NCBI GenBank assembly: GCA_964628025.1
Contig: CAZVLL010000006.1
Span: 946-64,945 of the forward strand
Source of the DNA: an uncultured Syntrophaceae bacterium
GTDB lineage: Bacteria > Desulfobacterota > Syntrophia > Syntrophales > UBA2192
Length of the DNA: 64,000 nt
Direction: 5' to 3'
This document shows positions 27,348 through 37,874 of this stretch, one piece after another (the stretch's first letter is position 1; the number at the start of each line of letters is the position of its first letter). The position numbers were made by a program, and so were the translations under genes. The notes below the pieces were generated by a model. The model searched no databases, was not told the DNA's origin, and worked only from the letters and a program-made list of their open reading frames with translations.

Positions 27348-29255
27348 ATGAAAAAGATCAGCCAACCCGGAACGTCATCGAAGAGTCCCCTCAGCGCAAA
27401 CGAACCAATCCTTCACAACATCATCGACGGCTCCTTCATCCCCGGCTTCGTTATTGACCGGGACCGGCGGGTAATTTGCTGGAACAAGGCCCTCGAGGAG
27501 ATCAGTCAGATCAGGGCCGATGCGGTGATCGGGACAAAGAACCACTGGAAGGCCTTTTATAAGGAGGAGCGCCCCTGCATGGCCGACCTTCTCGTCGACG
27601 GCGCCGTGGGCAAGATTCCCCAGTGGTATGCCGGAAAGTACAGGAAGTCCCCGTTAATCGAAGATGCCTTCGAGGCGACGGATTTCTTTCCTGACCTCGG
27701 GAACACCGGGCGCTGGCTGCGCTTTACCGCCTCCACCATCCGCAACGACCGGGGCGAGATCATCGGCGCCGCGGAAACCCTGGAGGACATCACGGACCAG
27801 AAGAAGGCCGAGGATGCATTGCGGGACAGCGAGGAAAAGCTTTACAACATCCTGCAAGGCTCCCCCATCGCGGCCTTCGTCATCGACCGGTCCCACCATG
27901 TGATGTTCTGGAATCGTGCCCTGGAAGAGCTCAGCCGGATCCGATCCGACGACATCGTGGGCACGGACTATCACTGGAGGGCGTTTTACGCGTCAAGGCG
28001 TCCGTGCATGGCCGATCTTATTGTAGACGGAAAACTGGACGGCGTCCGGAAGTGGTATGCGGAAAAGGGACACCCGTCCAAGCTGCTGCCGGAAGCCTTT
28101 GAGGCAACGGACTTCTTCCCCGATCTGGGCGAGGCGGGCCGCTGGCTGCGCTTTACCGCTGCGGCCATCCGGAATGCACGGGGGGAACTGGAGGGCGCCG
28201 TCGAGACCCTGGAAGACATCACGGATCAGAAGACGGCCGAGACATCGCGCAGGGACAGCGAGCAGAGGCTCGAAAGCATTCTCCAGGGGTCTCCGATCCC
28301 GATGTTCGTCATCGGACGGGATCATGAAGTGATCTTCTGGAACCGTGCCCTGGAAGGGTTGAGCCAGATCCCGGCGAAGGAGGTCGTCGGGACGAATCAG
28401 CAGTGGCGAGCCTTTTATAATGAGGAAAGGCCCTGCATGGCCGATCTGCTTCTGGACGGCAAGATCAGGGATATTCCTCAATGGTACCAGGGGAAATACA
28501 GCAAGTCGAGGCTTGTCCCGGAGGCCTATGAGGCCACGGACTATTTCCCGTCGCTGCGCGCGGGAAAGTGGATGCGCTTCACCGCCGCAACCATTCGCGA
28601 TTCCAACGGTCAGATCATCGGTGCCCTGGAAACGCTGGAAGACATCACGGAGAGGAAGCGTGGCGAGATAGCACTCCAAAAGGCATACGAAGAACTCGAA
28701 CAAAGGGTCGAGGAGCGCACCTATGATTTGCTGCAATCCTCGCAAGCCCTGAAAGCGGAGAACACCGAGAGGAAAGAGGCGGAGAAGAAACTCCGCAAGA
28801 GGGAGCGGGAGCTGAAGATCAAATCGGGCAACCTCGAGGAAATGAATACAGCCCTGAAAGTGCTTCTCGAGCAGCGCGACAAGGACAAGAGGGAAGCAGA
28901 AGAGATGGTCCTCGGAAACGTCAAGGAACTCCTGTCCCCCTACATCGAAAAGCTCAAAAAGACAAGGCTGTCGGACATGCAAACCGCTCACTTGGGGGTC
29001 ATCGAATCGAACCTGGAAAATATTATCTCCCCCTTTCTTAAAAATATTCACGGGAAGCATCTCAACATGACGCCGAAAGAAATCCGCATTGCCTCCCTGA
29101 TCAAGGAAGGAAGAACGACGAAGGAAATCGCTGCGCTGCTCGGCATGTCTTCGCCAGCCGTCGAGTTTCATCGAAACAATATCCGGAATAAACTCGGTCT
29201 GAAAAACAAGAAAGCCAACCTGGCTGCTCACCTTGCCTCCCTATTGGAAGGCTGA
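27348..29255 (+). CDS. transcriptional regulator: three tandem PAS modules + coiled coil + LuxR-type HTH
   Basis: Three 143-aa repeats, a Glu/Lys-rich coiled coil, and C-terminal LTPKEIRIASLIKEGRTTKEIAALLGMSSPAVEFHRNNIRNKLG (LuxR/GerE HTH). Confidence 0.85.
   Translation: MKKISQPGTSSKSPLSANEPILHNIIDGSFIPGFVIDRDRRVICWNKALEEISQIRADAVIGTKNHWKAFYKEERPCMADLLVDGAVGKIPQWYAGKYRKSPLIEDAFEATDFFPDLGNTGRWLRFTASTIRNDRGEIIGAAETLEDITDQKKAEDALRDSEEKLYNILQGSPIAAFVIDRSHHVMFWNRALEELSRIRSDDIVGTDYHWRAFYASRRPCMADLIVDGKLDGVRKWYAEKGHPSKLLPEAFEATDFFPDLGEAGRWLRFTAAAIRNARGELEGAVETLEDITDQKTAETSRRDSEQRLESILQGSPIPMFVIGRDHEVIFWNRALEGLSQIPAKEVVGTNQQWRAFYNEERPCMADLLLDGKIRDIPQWYQGKYSKSRLVPEAYEATDYFPSLRAGKWMRFTAATIRDSNGQIIGALETLEDITERKRGEIALQKAYEELEQRVEERTYDLLQSSQALKAENTERKEAEKKLRKRERELKIKSGNLEEMNTALKVLLEQRDKDKREAEEMVLGNVKELLSPYIEKLKKTRLSDMQTAHLGVIESNLENIISPFLKNIHGKHLNMTPKEIRIASLIKEGRTTKEIAALLGMSSPAVEFHRNNIRNKLGLKNKKANLAAHLASLLEG
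27411..28658 (+). repeat. three in-frame tandem coding repeats, period 429 nt (143 aa), encoding the PAS modules
   Basis: Repeat starts at 27411, 27840 and 28269. Invariant blocks are FWNRALEE/G, W(K/R)AFY, ERPCMADL, EA(F/Y)EATD(F/Y)FP, W(L/M)RFTA and ETLEDIT. Confidence 0.85.
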
Positions 29256-29263
29256 TCCAACGG

Positions 29264-29296
29264 GGCCTCCGGATTTGTGTCGGAGGCCTTTTTTTC
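29264..29296 (+). terminator. intrinsic terminator
   Basis: GGCCTCCG - 9-nt loop - CGGAGGCC followed by TTTTTTT, located 9 nt after the stop of the LuxR regulator gene. Confidence 0.8.
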
Positions 29297-29537
29297 TCAT
29301 GATCCCCGCAGAGTCCCGCCACATGTGGATTTCCGTTCCTCTTTTTTCAGCCCGACTCTCTTGTGCAGTCTTCATGCGCGGGCAAGTGTGCTGCACATGG
29401 TACTAGGATAACCCTATTGATAACCTATTGTTCTATTCATATTGATTAACGGAAGATGTCCCCGTATATTTTCTACAAAGAATGTCAGTTGCCGTGGGTA
29501 AGGTGAACAGCCAGGACAGGAAAGGAGGGAGGACACC

Positions 29538-30389
29538 ATGCAGGCCGTAGCGACGAAATTGATTGACGTCACGGAAAAGAATGCGGAGACAATTGCCAGG
29601 CAATGGTATGCCGATGTCCGGAAAAACCCGAAAACACCATCCTACAGCAGTATTTCCGAAGACAATGCCGTTCCGATGGCCGTTGACTTCTACCGAAAGT
29701 TCCGTGCGGTGTTCAGCGCCAAAAATCCATTTGAGGAGGCAAGACGGGTATACGCGAAGTATGCCGATGAGTGCTACGAAAAGGGAATTCCACTTCATGA
29801 AGCAATCTACGCACTGACGCTCATGCGACGACATATCTGGCTTTACGCCGAATTTCAAACGCTCTTCGTGACCGCCGTCGAGCAGCAGCAGGCCATCGAG
29901 AGCCTGAGCCGGACGATTCTACTTTTCGATTACGCCACCTATGTCATCACGGAAAGATACCAGGAGTTGATGAAGGGTGAGATCCAGAAGCAACTGGCAG
30001 CCCTCCGCGCTTTTGGTATGGAGGAAAGCCTGACGGGAAGCAAAGTGGGTGTCATGGCCTGCCTTCTCGTCGCCTGCGGGTTCTTGACCTATTACTACCA
30101 TGTTGTCATGGCCAGCGGGGTGATTTTCACGCACCTGTTTTACATCCCCATCGTGCTGGCCGGAATCTGGTGGAAGAAAAAAGGAATTTACGTAGCCGTG
30201 ATCCTGGCGGGGATCCTGATCGTAAGCCATCTGCTCTTCATGCAGACGGTCCCGCTGACAGACGACATGATTCGGGCGGTCATGTTCATCGTCGTTTCCT
30301 CCGTGGTGGCCATGCTGGCAGAGGGATTGACGAAAATTGAGGTTCTTTACAGGACAGGCCCGCCGGCTTCCCGTTCCGTCGAAGCATGA
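29538..30389 (+). CDS. RsbR-N-terminal-like (globin-fold sensor-like) domain fused to a 4-TM membrane domain
   Basis: The N-terminal 150 aa (ATKLIDVTEKNAETIARQWYADV...LMRRHIWLYAEF...LLFDYATYVITERYQEL) resembles the RsbRD_N-type domain. The C-terminal half is hydrophobic. RBS GGAAAGGAGGGAGG. Confidence 0.5.
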   Translation: MQAVATKLIDVTEKNAETIARQWYADVRKNPKTPSYSSISEDNAVPMAVDFYRKFRAVFSAKNPFEEARRVYAKYADECYEKGIPLHEAIYALTLMRRHIWLYAEFQTLFVTAVEQQQAIESLSRTILLFDYATYVITERYQELMKGEIQKQLAALRAFGMEESLTGSKVGVMACLLVACGFLTYYYHVVMASGVIFTHLFYIPIVLAGIWWKKKGIYVAVILAGILIVSHLLFMQTVPLTDDMIRAVMFIVVSSVVAMLAEGLTKIEVLYRTGPPASRSVEA

Positions 30390-30531
30390 AGACAAGGCGG
30401 CGATAACAGCAGGCGGTTTTGTGAGTCAAATGGATGCAAACACGATCCACAACAAACGATCAACGATTACGAACAGCCGGAGAAAAAGAGTTAGATCCGG
30501 TTAGGATGACCGCTGATCCAGGAGGTAGACC

Positions 30532-31053
30532 ATGCAAGGCCATGCGACAAAACTGATCGAGTTGACAGAAAATAATGCGGACAAAATTGCCCACCAGTGG
30601 TTGAAGGACGTGAGGGTAAACCCGAGGACGCCCACCTATCACAACTTCTCCGATGAAAAGGCTCTCGCTCATGCCGTCCAGTTCTACCGTCATTTCCGGG
30701 CGCTTTTCTGCACCGACAAACCCTTCGATGCGGCCAGCAAGTTCTTTACGAAATACGCCGATGAGCGCTTCTCCGAGGGCATTCCCCTCCACGAGTCGAT
30801 CTACGCCCTCATCCTGATGCGTCGCCACATCTGGCTCTATGCCGAGTTCCAGGCCATGTTCATCACGGCCGTCGAGCAGCATCAGGCCACCGAGAGCCTC
30901 ACGCGCACGATCCTCATGTTCGACTACGCCATCTACGTCCTCACGCAGCGTTACGAGGAGTTGATGGATCGGGAGACGGAGGAGCGACTGCGGGTCGGCA
31001 CAAAGTCCGGCACGTTCCGGCACAAGGTCATCTTCGGCGGTCAGTCGAAGTGA
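30532..31053 (+). CDS. soluble RsbR-N-terminal-like domain protein (paralogue of 29538..30389), immediately upstream of atpD
   Basis: About 65-70% aa identity by eye to the N-terminal domain of the preceding gene. RBS CAGGAGG. Ends 54 nt before atpD. Confidence 0.5.
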   Translation: MQGHATKLIELTENNADKIAHQWLKDVRVNPRTPTYHNFSDEKALAHAVQFYRHFRALFCTDKPFDAASKFFTKYADERFSEGIPLHESIYALILMRRHIWLYAEFQAMFITAVEQHQATESLTRTILMFDYAIYVLTQRYEELMDRETEERLRVGTKSGTFRHKVIFGGQSK

Positions 31054-31062
31054 TCGGGGTAG

Positions 31063-32852
<1,790 letters not shown>

Positions 32853-32860
<8 letters not shown>

Positions 32861-33182
32861 CGAACACCTGACCCCGAGCGAGAGACGCGAAAAAATTGCC
32901 GAGGAGTTCACCCGGAAGGTTGGCACGAAAGAGGCGAGGCGTGTCAAGGGCAAAACGCAGAAGGACGAAACCATCTGGTTCGGCCTCGGGATGTTCGGAA
33001 TTGTGGGCTGGTCTGTGGTGATCCCGTCGCTTCTCTTCACGGCCCTCGGTCTCTGGATTGACCGGTCATGGCCGAGCCGATTTTCCTGGACGCTCATGCT
33101 GCTCATCATGGGGGTTGCCGTGGGGTGCATGAATGCGTGGTACTGGGTGAAGCGCGCCCGGCAGGATATCATGAGGGACTGA
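32853..33182 (+). CDS. atpQ: N-ATPase accessory membrane subunit AtpQ (AtpZ/AtpI-like)
   Basis: Two TM helices (WFGLGMFGIVGWSVVIPSLL..., WTLMLLIMGVAVGCMNAWYWV). Canonical third position in N-ATPase operons. Confidence 0.75.
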
Positions 33183-33185
33183 AAT

Positions 33186-33251
33186 GAGGGGTGGAGGGTT
33201 GAGGGCAGAGGGTCAAGGGGCGAGGGTACAGGGTACAGAAGGGATAAGGGA
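33186..33251 (+). promoter_or_regulatory. intra-operon G-rich tract: nine AGGG(G) units between atpQ and atpR (G-quadruplex-type / multi-SD-like sequence)
   Basis: GAGGGGTGGAGGGTTGAGGGCAGAGGGTCAAGGGGCGAGGGTACAGGGTACAGAAGGGATAAGGGA on the sense strand. It fills the only sizeable intergenic gap of the operon. Confidence 0.5.
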
Positions 33252-33256
33252 TAACG

Positions 33257-33565
33257 ATGATTCTTGAGCTCATCACATCGTTTTTCGTCGGGACCGGGAT
33301 CGGGTGGATTTATTTTGCCGGGCTGTGGGAGACGGTGCGGAGGATTCCCGACGATCCGAAGCCTTTTCGGAGGATAGCCCTGAGCTATATCCTCCGGATG
33401 GGGGTGGCCCTGACCGGCTTTTATCTCGTCACGGACGGACAGTGGGAACGGCTCGCCGCAGCCATGCTGGGATTTGTCGCCATGCGGGGAATGATGCTTC
33501 GCAGGCTGGGACGGACATCGGTCCGGTTTGCCGAAGGAGAATCCTATGGAAGTCGTAGCCATTGA
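33257..33565 (+). CDS. atpR: N-ATPase accessory membrane subunit AtpR
   Basis: 102 aa with three hydrophobic segments and conserved Arg residues (WETVRRI, YILRMG). Fourth position, as in N-ATPase operons. Confidence 0.75.
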   Translation: MILELITSFFVGTGIGWIYFAGLWETVRRIPDDPKPFRRIALSYILRMGVALTGFYLVTDGQWERLAAAMLGFVAMRGMMLRRLGRTSVRFAEGESYGSRSH

Positions 33566-34277
33566 CCAGATCAGCCCTGACCAGGTCATCCTGTTCACCT
33601 GGGGACTCGTCACGATCAACGCGACCCTGGTGTACACGTGGATGATCATGGGAATGCTCGTTCTCGGTTCCATCGCGATCACCGGCAACCTTTCTTCGGA
33701 GCGAACGATGTCCCGCTGGCAGAACATGCTGGAGGTCATCATCGGCACGATCCGCTCTGAGATCCGCGATATCGCCAGGGAGGGAGCCGATACGTACTTT
33801 CCCTTCATCGCGACGCTCTTTCTTTTTATTCTCTTTTCCAACCTCTTCACCTTCATCCCGGGATACGTGGCGCCCACGTCGTCTCTTACGACAACGTCGG
33901 CCCTCGCCGTCCTGGTCTTCTTCGCCGTTCCGATGTACGGGATCTCCAAGAACGGAATCGTCGAGTATCTGAAGGAATATTTCCGGCCCACCTTCATTTT
34001 CTTTCCATTTCACATCATGGGGGAGTTTTCGAGGACCCTGGCCCTGGCCGTCCGGCTATTCGGGAATCTCATGAGCCACGAAAAGGTCATCGCCATCCTG
34101 CTTGCCGTGACTCCCCTGTTTTTCCCGGTGGTGATGCAGGTGCTGGGACTCATGATCGGCATCATCCAGGCGTACATCTTCGCCATCCTGGCCATGGTGT
34201 ATATCGCCTCGGCCACCCAGACCCACGAGGAGACGGATCACAAGATAAAAAAGGAAACGGGACCCGTTCAACACTGA
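33546..34277 (+). CDS. atpB: N-type F1Fo ATPase, Fo subunit a
   Basis: RBS GAAGGAGA 5 nt upstream of ATG 33546. Conserved stator Arg context LALAVRLFGNLMSHE and C-terminal IQAYIFAILAMVY. Confidence 0.9.
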   Translation: MEVVAIDQISPDQVILFTWGLVTINATLVYTWMIMGMLVLGSIAITGNLSSERTMSRWQNMLEVIIGTIRSEIRDIAREGADTYFPFIATLFLFILFSNLFTFIPGYVAPTSSLTTTSALAVLVFFAVPMYGISKNGIVEYLKEYFRPTFIFFPFHIMGEFSRTLALAVRLFGNLMSHEKVIAILLAVTPLFFPVVMQVLGLMIGIIQAYIFAILAMVYIASATQTHEETDHKIKKETGPVQH

Positions 34278-34298
34278 AAGAAGGACAGGAGGATCGGT

Positions 34299-34577
34299 AT
34301 GGACAGCGTGAGCATTGTTGCAATGGCGTCGATTATTACAGCGGGGATTTGCATGGGAATCGGAGCGATCGGACCCGGCCTCGGACAGGGCAGGGCCGTT
34401 CAGGGTGCGCTCAACGCGATTGCGCAGCAGCCCGACGAGCGGAACTCGTTGACGCGAACCCTCTTCGTGGGTCTGGCCATGATCGAGTCCATCGCGATTT
34501 ACTGCTTCGTGATTTCGATGATCCTGGTCTTTGCAAATCCGTTCTGGGCCTATGTCGTTCGCAAAGCAGGAGGGTAA
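34299..34577 (+). CDS. atpE: N-type F1Fo ATPase, Fo subunit c
   Basis: Hairpin protein with GPGLGQG in helix 1, loop QQPDER, and carboxylate motif LAMIESIAIY in helix 2. Confidence 0.92.
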   Translation: MDSVSIVAMASIITAGICMGIGAIGPGLGQGRAVQGALNAIAQQPDERNSLTRTLFVGLAMIESIAIYCFVISMILVFANPFWAYVVRKAGG

Positions 34578-34580
34578 TCC

Positions 34581-35351
34581 ATGCACATCGACTGGTTTGT
34601 ATTCCTCTGCCAGATCGTGAACCTGTTGCTGCTGCTCTTCCTGCTGAAGAAGTTCCTCTACGGGCGGATCATCGGGGCCATGGACGCACGGGAGGCCCGG
34701 ATCTCAGCTACCTTCGAGCAGGCCGAGAAGGCCCGCGAGGAGGCACGGGCGGCCCTGGAGCGCCAGGAGAGGAGGCTTGCGGACTTCGAGTCGGAGCACG
34801 AGGCCATGATGAACAAGGCCCGCGAGGATGCCGAGGTCCACCGCAGGGAACTGATGGAAAGCGCGCGGGAGCAGATCGAACAGGTACAGGCCCGGTGGAT
34901 CGAGACGATACGGTCGGAGCGGGATACCTTTCTCCACGAGCTGCGCCGGCTTGCCGGGAACCAGATTTACTCCATTACGAGGCAGGTCCTGAAGGATCTG
35001 GCCGGACTGGAGCTGGAAACGCGTATCGTGGAGATCCTGATGAATCGGATCGAGACCCTGAACGAGGAGGAGCGCGGAAAATTCAGGACGGCAGTTCCCG
35101 AAGGGGGATCCATTATCGTCCAGAGCGCCTTCGACATTCCGGAGGATGAGCAGCGCAGGCTTGATGAGGCGATCCATCGCTGCATCGCCGGCGGGACTCC
35201 GGTGGTCTTCGAACGATCCGAGAACATCATGATGGGCTACGAACTCAAGACGGACGGCCACAAGATCTCCTGGAGCATCAAAGACTACATGGATTCCCTG
35301 GAAGAGAAATTCTACCACGCCCTCTATGAGGAGGCCCGGGAGAAACGATGA
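34581..35351 (+). CDS. atpF: N-type F1Fo ATPase, Fo subunit b (long form, 256 aa)
   Basis: Single N-terminal TM helix followed by a long charged helix. It is about 100 aa longer than canonical b, and there is no separate delta gene in the operon. Confidence 0.85.
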   Translation: MHIDWFVFLCQIVNLLLLLFLLKKFLYGRIIGAMDAREARISATFEQAEKAREEARAALERQERRLADFESEHEAMMNKAREDAEVHRRELMESAREQIEQVQARWIETIRSERDTFLHELRRLAGNQIYSITRQVLKDLAGLELETRIVEILMNRIETLNEEERGKFRTAVPEGGSIIVQSAFDIPEDEQRRLDEAIHRCIAGGTPVVFERSENIMMGYELKTDGHKISWSIKDYMDSLEEKFYHALYEEAREKR

Positions 35352-35371
35352 GCTCGCAAAAGGGGTAGAAC

Positions 35372-36928
35372 ATGAGCATGCCGAGAGAAAAGGAAGAACT
35401 GACGGAATTCCTCGACGATACGTTCAAGACCCTGGATCAGGTCCTGGCGGACCAGCATCCGGAACTCAAGCAGCGGGAAGTGGGCATTGTGAACTATGTG
35501 GGACACGGCATTGTCCGGGTGCAGGGGTTGCCCAACATCAAGTCCGAGGAGGTTGTGCTCTTTCCCCAAAACGTGCAAGGACTCGTCTTCAATATCGACC
35601 CCGATGAGATCGGGATCATCCTGCTTGGGCCGAGCGAGCAGATCGTTTCGGGCTCCGAAGTGAAGCGGACCGACCGCGTCCTCGACGTGCCCGTCGGAGA
35701 GGCCCTGATCGGGCGGGTTGTCGATGCCATCGGAAGACCGCTGGACAACCAGGGGGAAATCCGATCCTCCCGTCGGCTTCCCGTCGAGCGGGAAGCGCCC
35801 GCCGTCATGGCGCGCGACCCCGTCACGGCGCCTCTCCAGACCGGGATCAAGGTCATCGACGCCCTGATCCCCATCGGTCGCGGACAACGGGAACTCATCG
35901 TCGGGGACCGACAGACCGGGAAAACGGCGATTGCCATGGACACCATCATCAACCAGTGGGACAAGAACGTCCTCTGCATCTACTGCGCCGTCGGCAAGAA
36001 GTCCTCCGATGTCGCCAAAGTCATCGCGGATCTGAAACAGCACGACGCCATGAAGTATACCGTTGTCGTCGCCGCCACGGGGGAGGACCCACCGGGGCTG
36101 CAGTTCATCGCCCCCTACGCGGCAACCTCCATGGGGGAGTACTTCATGTCGCGGGGGCGAGACGTGCTCATCGTGTACGATGATTTGACCTATCATGCCC
36201 GGGCCTACCGGGAACTTTCGCTTTTGCTGAGACGGCCGCCGGGCCGGGAGGCCTTCCCGGGGGACATCTTCTACATTCACTCAAGGCTGCTCGAGCGTTC
36301 CACCCATCTGCGCAAGGAACATGGCGGAGGATCGCTCACGTCACTTCCCATCGTCGAGACGGAGGCCCAGGACATCTCGGCCTACATCCCGACGAATCTC
36401 ATTTCGATCACCGACGGTCAGATCTACCTCTCGCCGCGCCTCTTCCAGAAGGGCATCCTTCCACCCGTCGATGTGGGCAAATCGGTTTCCCGCGTGGGCG
36501 GCAAATGCCAGCTTCCGGCGTACCGGGCCGTCGCCGGCGATCTCCGGATCTCCTACTCCCAGTTCGAAGAGCTGGAGACCTTCTCCCGTTTCGGGACGCG
36601 ACTCGACGAGGCGACCCGGAGGGTGCTGGAGCGCGGCTGGCGCGTCCGGGAAATCCTGAAACAGCCCCAGTACAAACCCATCCGCGTGGCAGAGCAGATC
36701 GCAGCGCTTCTGGCGATCACGGGCGGGGCGCTGGATACTGTTTCCATTCCCCGGATCGGAGAGGCGGAAGCGGCCCTGAGAAATCAGGCCGTCGTGCAGT
36801 GCAAAGACCTGTGCGAGCGCATCGAATCGGGAGAAAAGCTCACGCTGGACGACCGCGACACCTTGCTGAAAATGTCCCGTTCCGCCACGGAAACCATGAA
36901 AGAAGAGGAGAAACATGCAGACCATTGA
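35372..36928 (+). CDS. atpA: N-type F1Fo ATPase, alpha subunit
   Basis: Walker [53 protein letters not shown]. Confidence 0.93.
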   Translation: MSMPREKEELTEFLDDTFKTLDQVLADQHPELKQREVGIVNYVGHGIVRVQGLPNIKSEEVVLFPQNVQGLVFNIDPDEIGIILLGPSEQIVSGSEVKRTDRVLDVPVGEALIGRVVDAIGRPLDNQGEIRSSRRLPVEREAPAVMARDPVTAPLQTGIKVIDALIPIGRGQRELIVGDRQTGKTAIAMDTIINQWDKNVLCIYCAVGKKSSDVAKVIADLKQHDAMKYTVVVAATGEDPPGLQFIAPYAATSMGEYFMSRGRDVLIVYDDLTYHARAYRELSLLLRRPPGREAFPGDIFYIHSRLLERSTHLRKEHGGGSLTSLPIVETEAQDISAYIPTNLISITDGQIYLSPRLFQKGILPPVDVGKSVSRVGGKCQLPAYRAVAGDLRISYSQFEELETFSRFGTRLDEATRRVLERGWRVREILKQPQYKPIRVAEQIAALLAITGGALDTVSIPRIGEAEAALRNQAVVQCKDLCERIESGEKLTLDDRDTLLKMSRSATETMKEEEKHADH

Positions 36929-37820
36929 GTCTCTGAAACGCAGGATTCAGAGTGCCCAGGATCTCCTCGGGGTGGTGAAGACCATGAAGGCGCTAGCGGC
37001 CGTAAGCATCCGTCAGTACCAGAGGGCCGTCGAGTCGCTCTCGGACTACAACCGCACGGTGGAGATGGGACTGCAGGTCGTTCTGAAACGAAGCCGGGGT
37101 AGCTTTGCTCCCCTGAGGGAGTCTTCGGCGAAACGGATGGGCGCCATCGTCTTCGGGACAGACCAGGGCCTCTGCGGCCAGTTTAACAATATCGTCGCAA
37201 GCCATGCCCTGGACGAAATGAAAGCCCTTGGCATTCCGAAGGAAAACCGGATTGTCCTTGCCGTGGGGGTCCGGGTCGCCGACATCCTCGAAGATTCAGG
37301 GCAGAAGGTCCTGGAAGTCCTGAGTACGCCCGGATCGACGGCAGGCATCACGTCCGTGGTGCAGGACATCACCATGCTTCTCGAGGACTGGCGTTTCAAG
37401 CGACAGATCGAAAACATGGCCCTTTACTACAATGAGTACATTTCCGGGGCGAACTACCGGGCGAAAACGCTCAAGCTTCTGCCCGTTGACCGGGAATGGC
37501 TCAAGAACCTGGAAAAACGGAAGTGGGAATCGAGGACGATTCCCATGTACACGATGAACTGGGAGACCATCTTCCGCTCCCTCATCCGGGAGTATCTTTT
37601 CGTGTCGCTCTACCGGGCCTTCGCCGATTCGCTGGCGAGCGAGAATGCAAGCCGACTGGCGGCCATGCAGAGCGCCGAGAAGAACATCGAGGAGAGGCTG
37701 GAGGAGCTTTTCGGCCAGTTCCACCGCCAGCGGCAGAGTACCATTACGGAAGAACTCCTCGACATCGTGAGCGGCTTCGAGGCACTGGGCGGCACCGGGC
37801 AGGCCGGTGCAGTTGGATAA
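36915..37820 (+). CDS. atpG: N-type F1Fo ATPase, gamma subunit
   Basis: N-terminal [28 protein letters not shown] and C-terminal [15 protein letters not shown] helices are typical of gamma. Overlaps the atpA stop. Confidence 0.88.
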   Translation: MQTIESLKRRIQSAQDLLGVVKTMKALAAVSIRQYQRAVESLSDYNRTVEMGLQVVLKRSRGSFAPLRESSAKRMGAIVFGTDQGLCGQFNNIVASHALDEMKALGIPKENRIVLAVGVRVADILEDSGQKVLEVLSTPGSTAGITSVVQDITMLLEDWRFKRQIENMALYYNEYISGANYRAKTLKLLPVDREWLKNLEKRKWESRTIPMYTMNWETIFRSLIREYLFVSLYRAFADSLASENASRLAAMQSAEKNIEERLEELFGQFHRQRQSTITEELLDIVSGFEALGGTGQAGAVG

Positions 37821-37874
37821 AGGATAATAATACAGGAAGAGACGCCTCTGGCGAGACGAAGGAGGTGAAGGATC

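Noticed and set aside
27411-28658. Checked whether the periodic repeats (PAS units; the AGGG tract at 33186-33251) could be CRISPR or other non-coding arrays
   Set aside because: The PAS repeats are in-frame coding repeats with diverged sequence. The AGGG tract has 7-nt units without spacers. No CRISPR-like repeat-spacer structure exists anywhere in the window.
27993-29231. 412-aa minus-strand ORF antisense to the PAS-LuxR regulator
   Set aside because: Shadow ORF. The sense strand shows phased PAS repeats and a LuxR HTH.
33184-33267. 27-codon mini-ORF (MRGGGLRAEGQGARVQGTEGIRDNDDS) reading through the AGGG tract
   Set aside because: Its composition is dictated by the repeat, and there is no independent evidence of translation. 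It is mentioned only as part of the G-tract finding.
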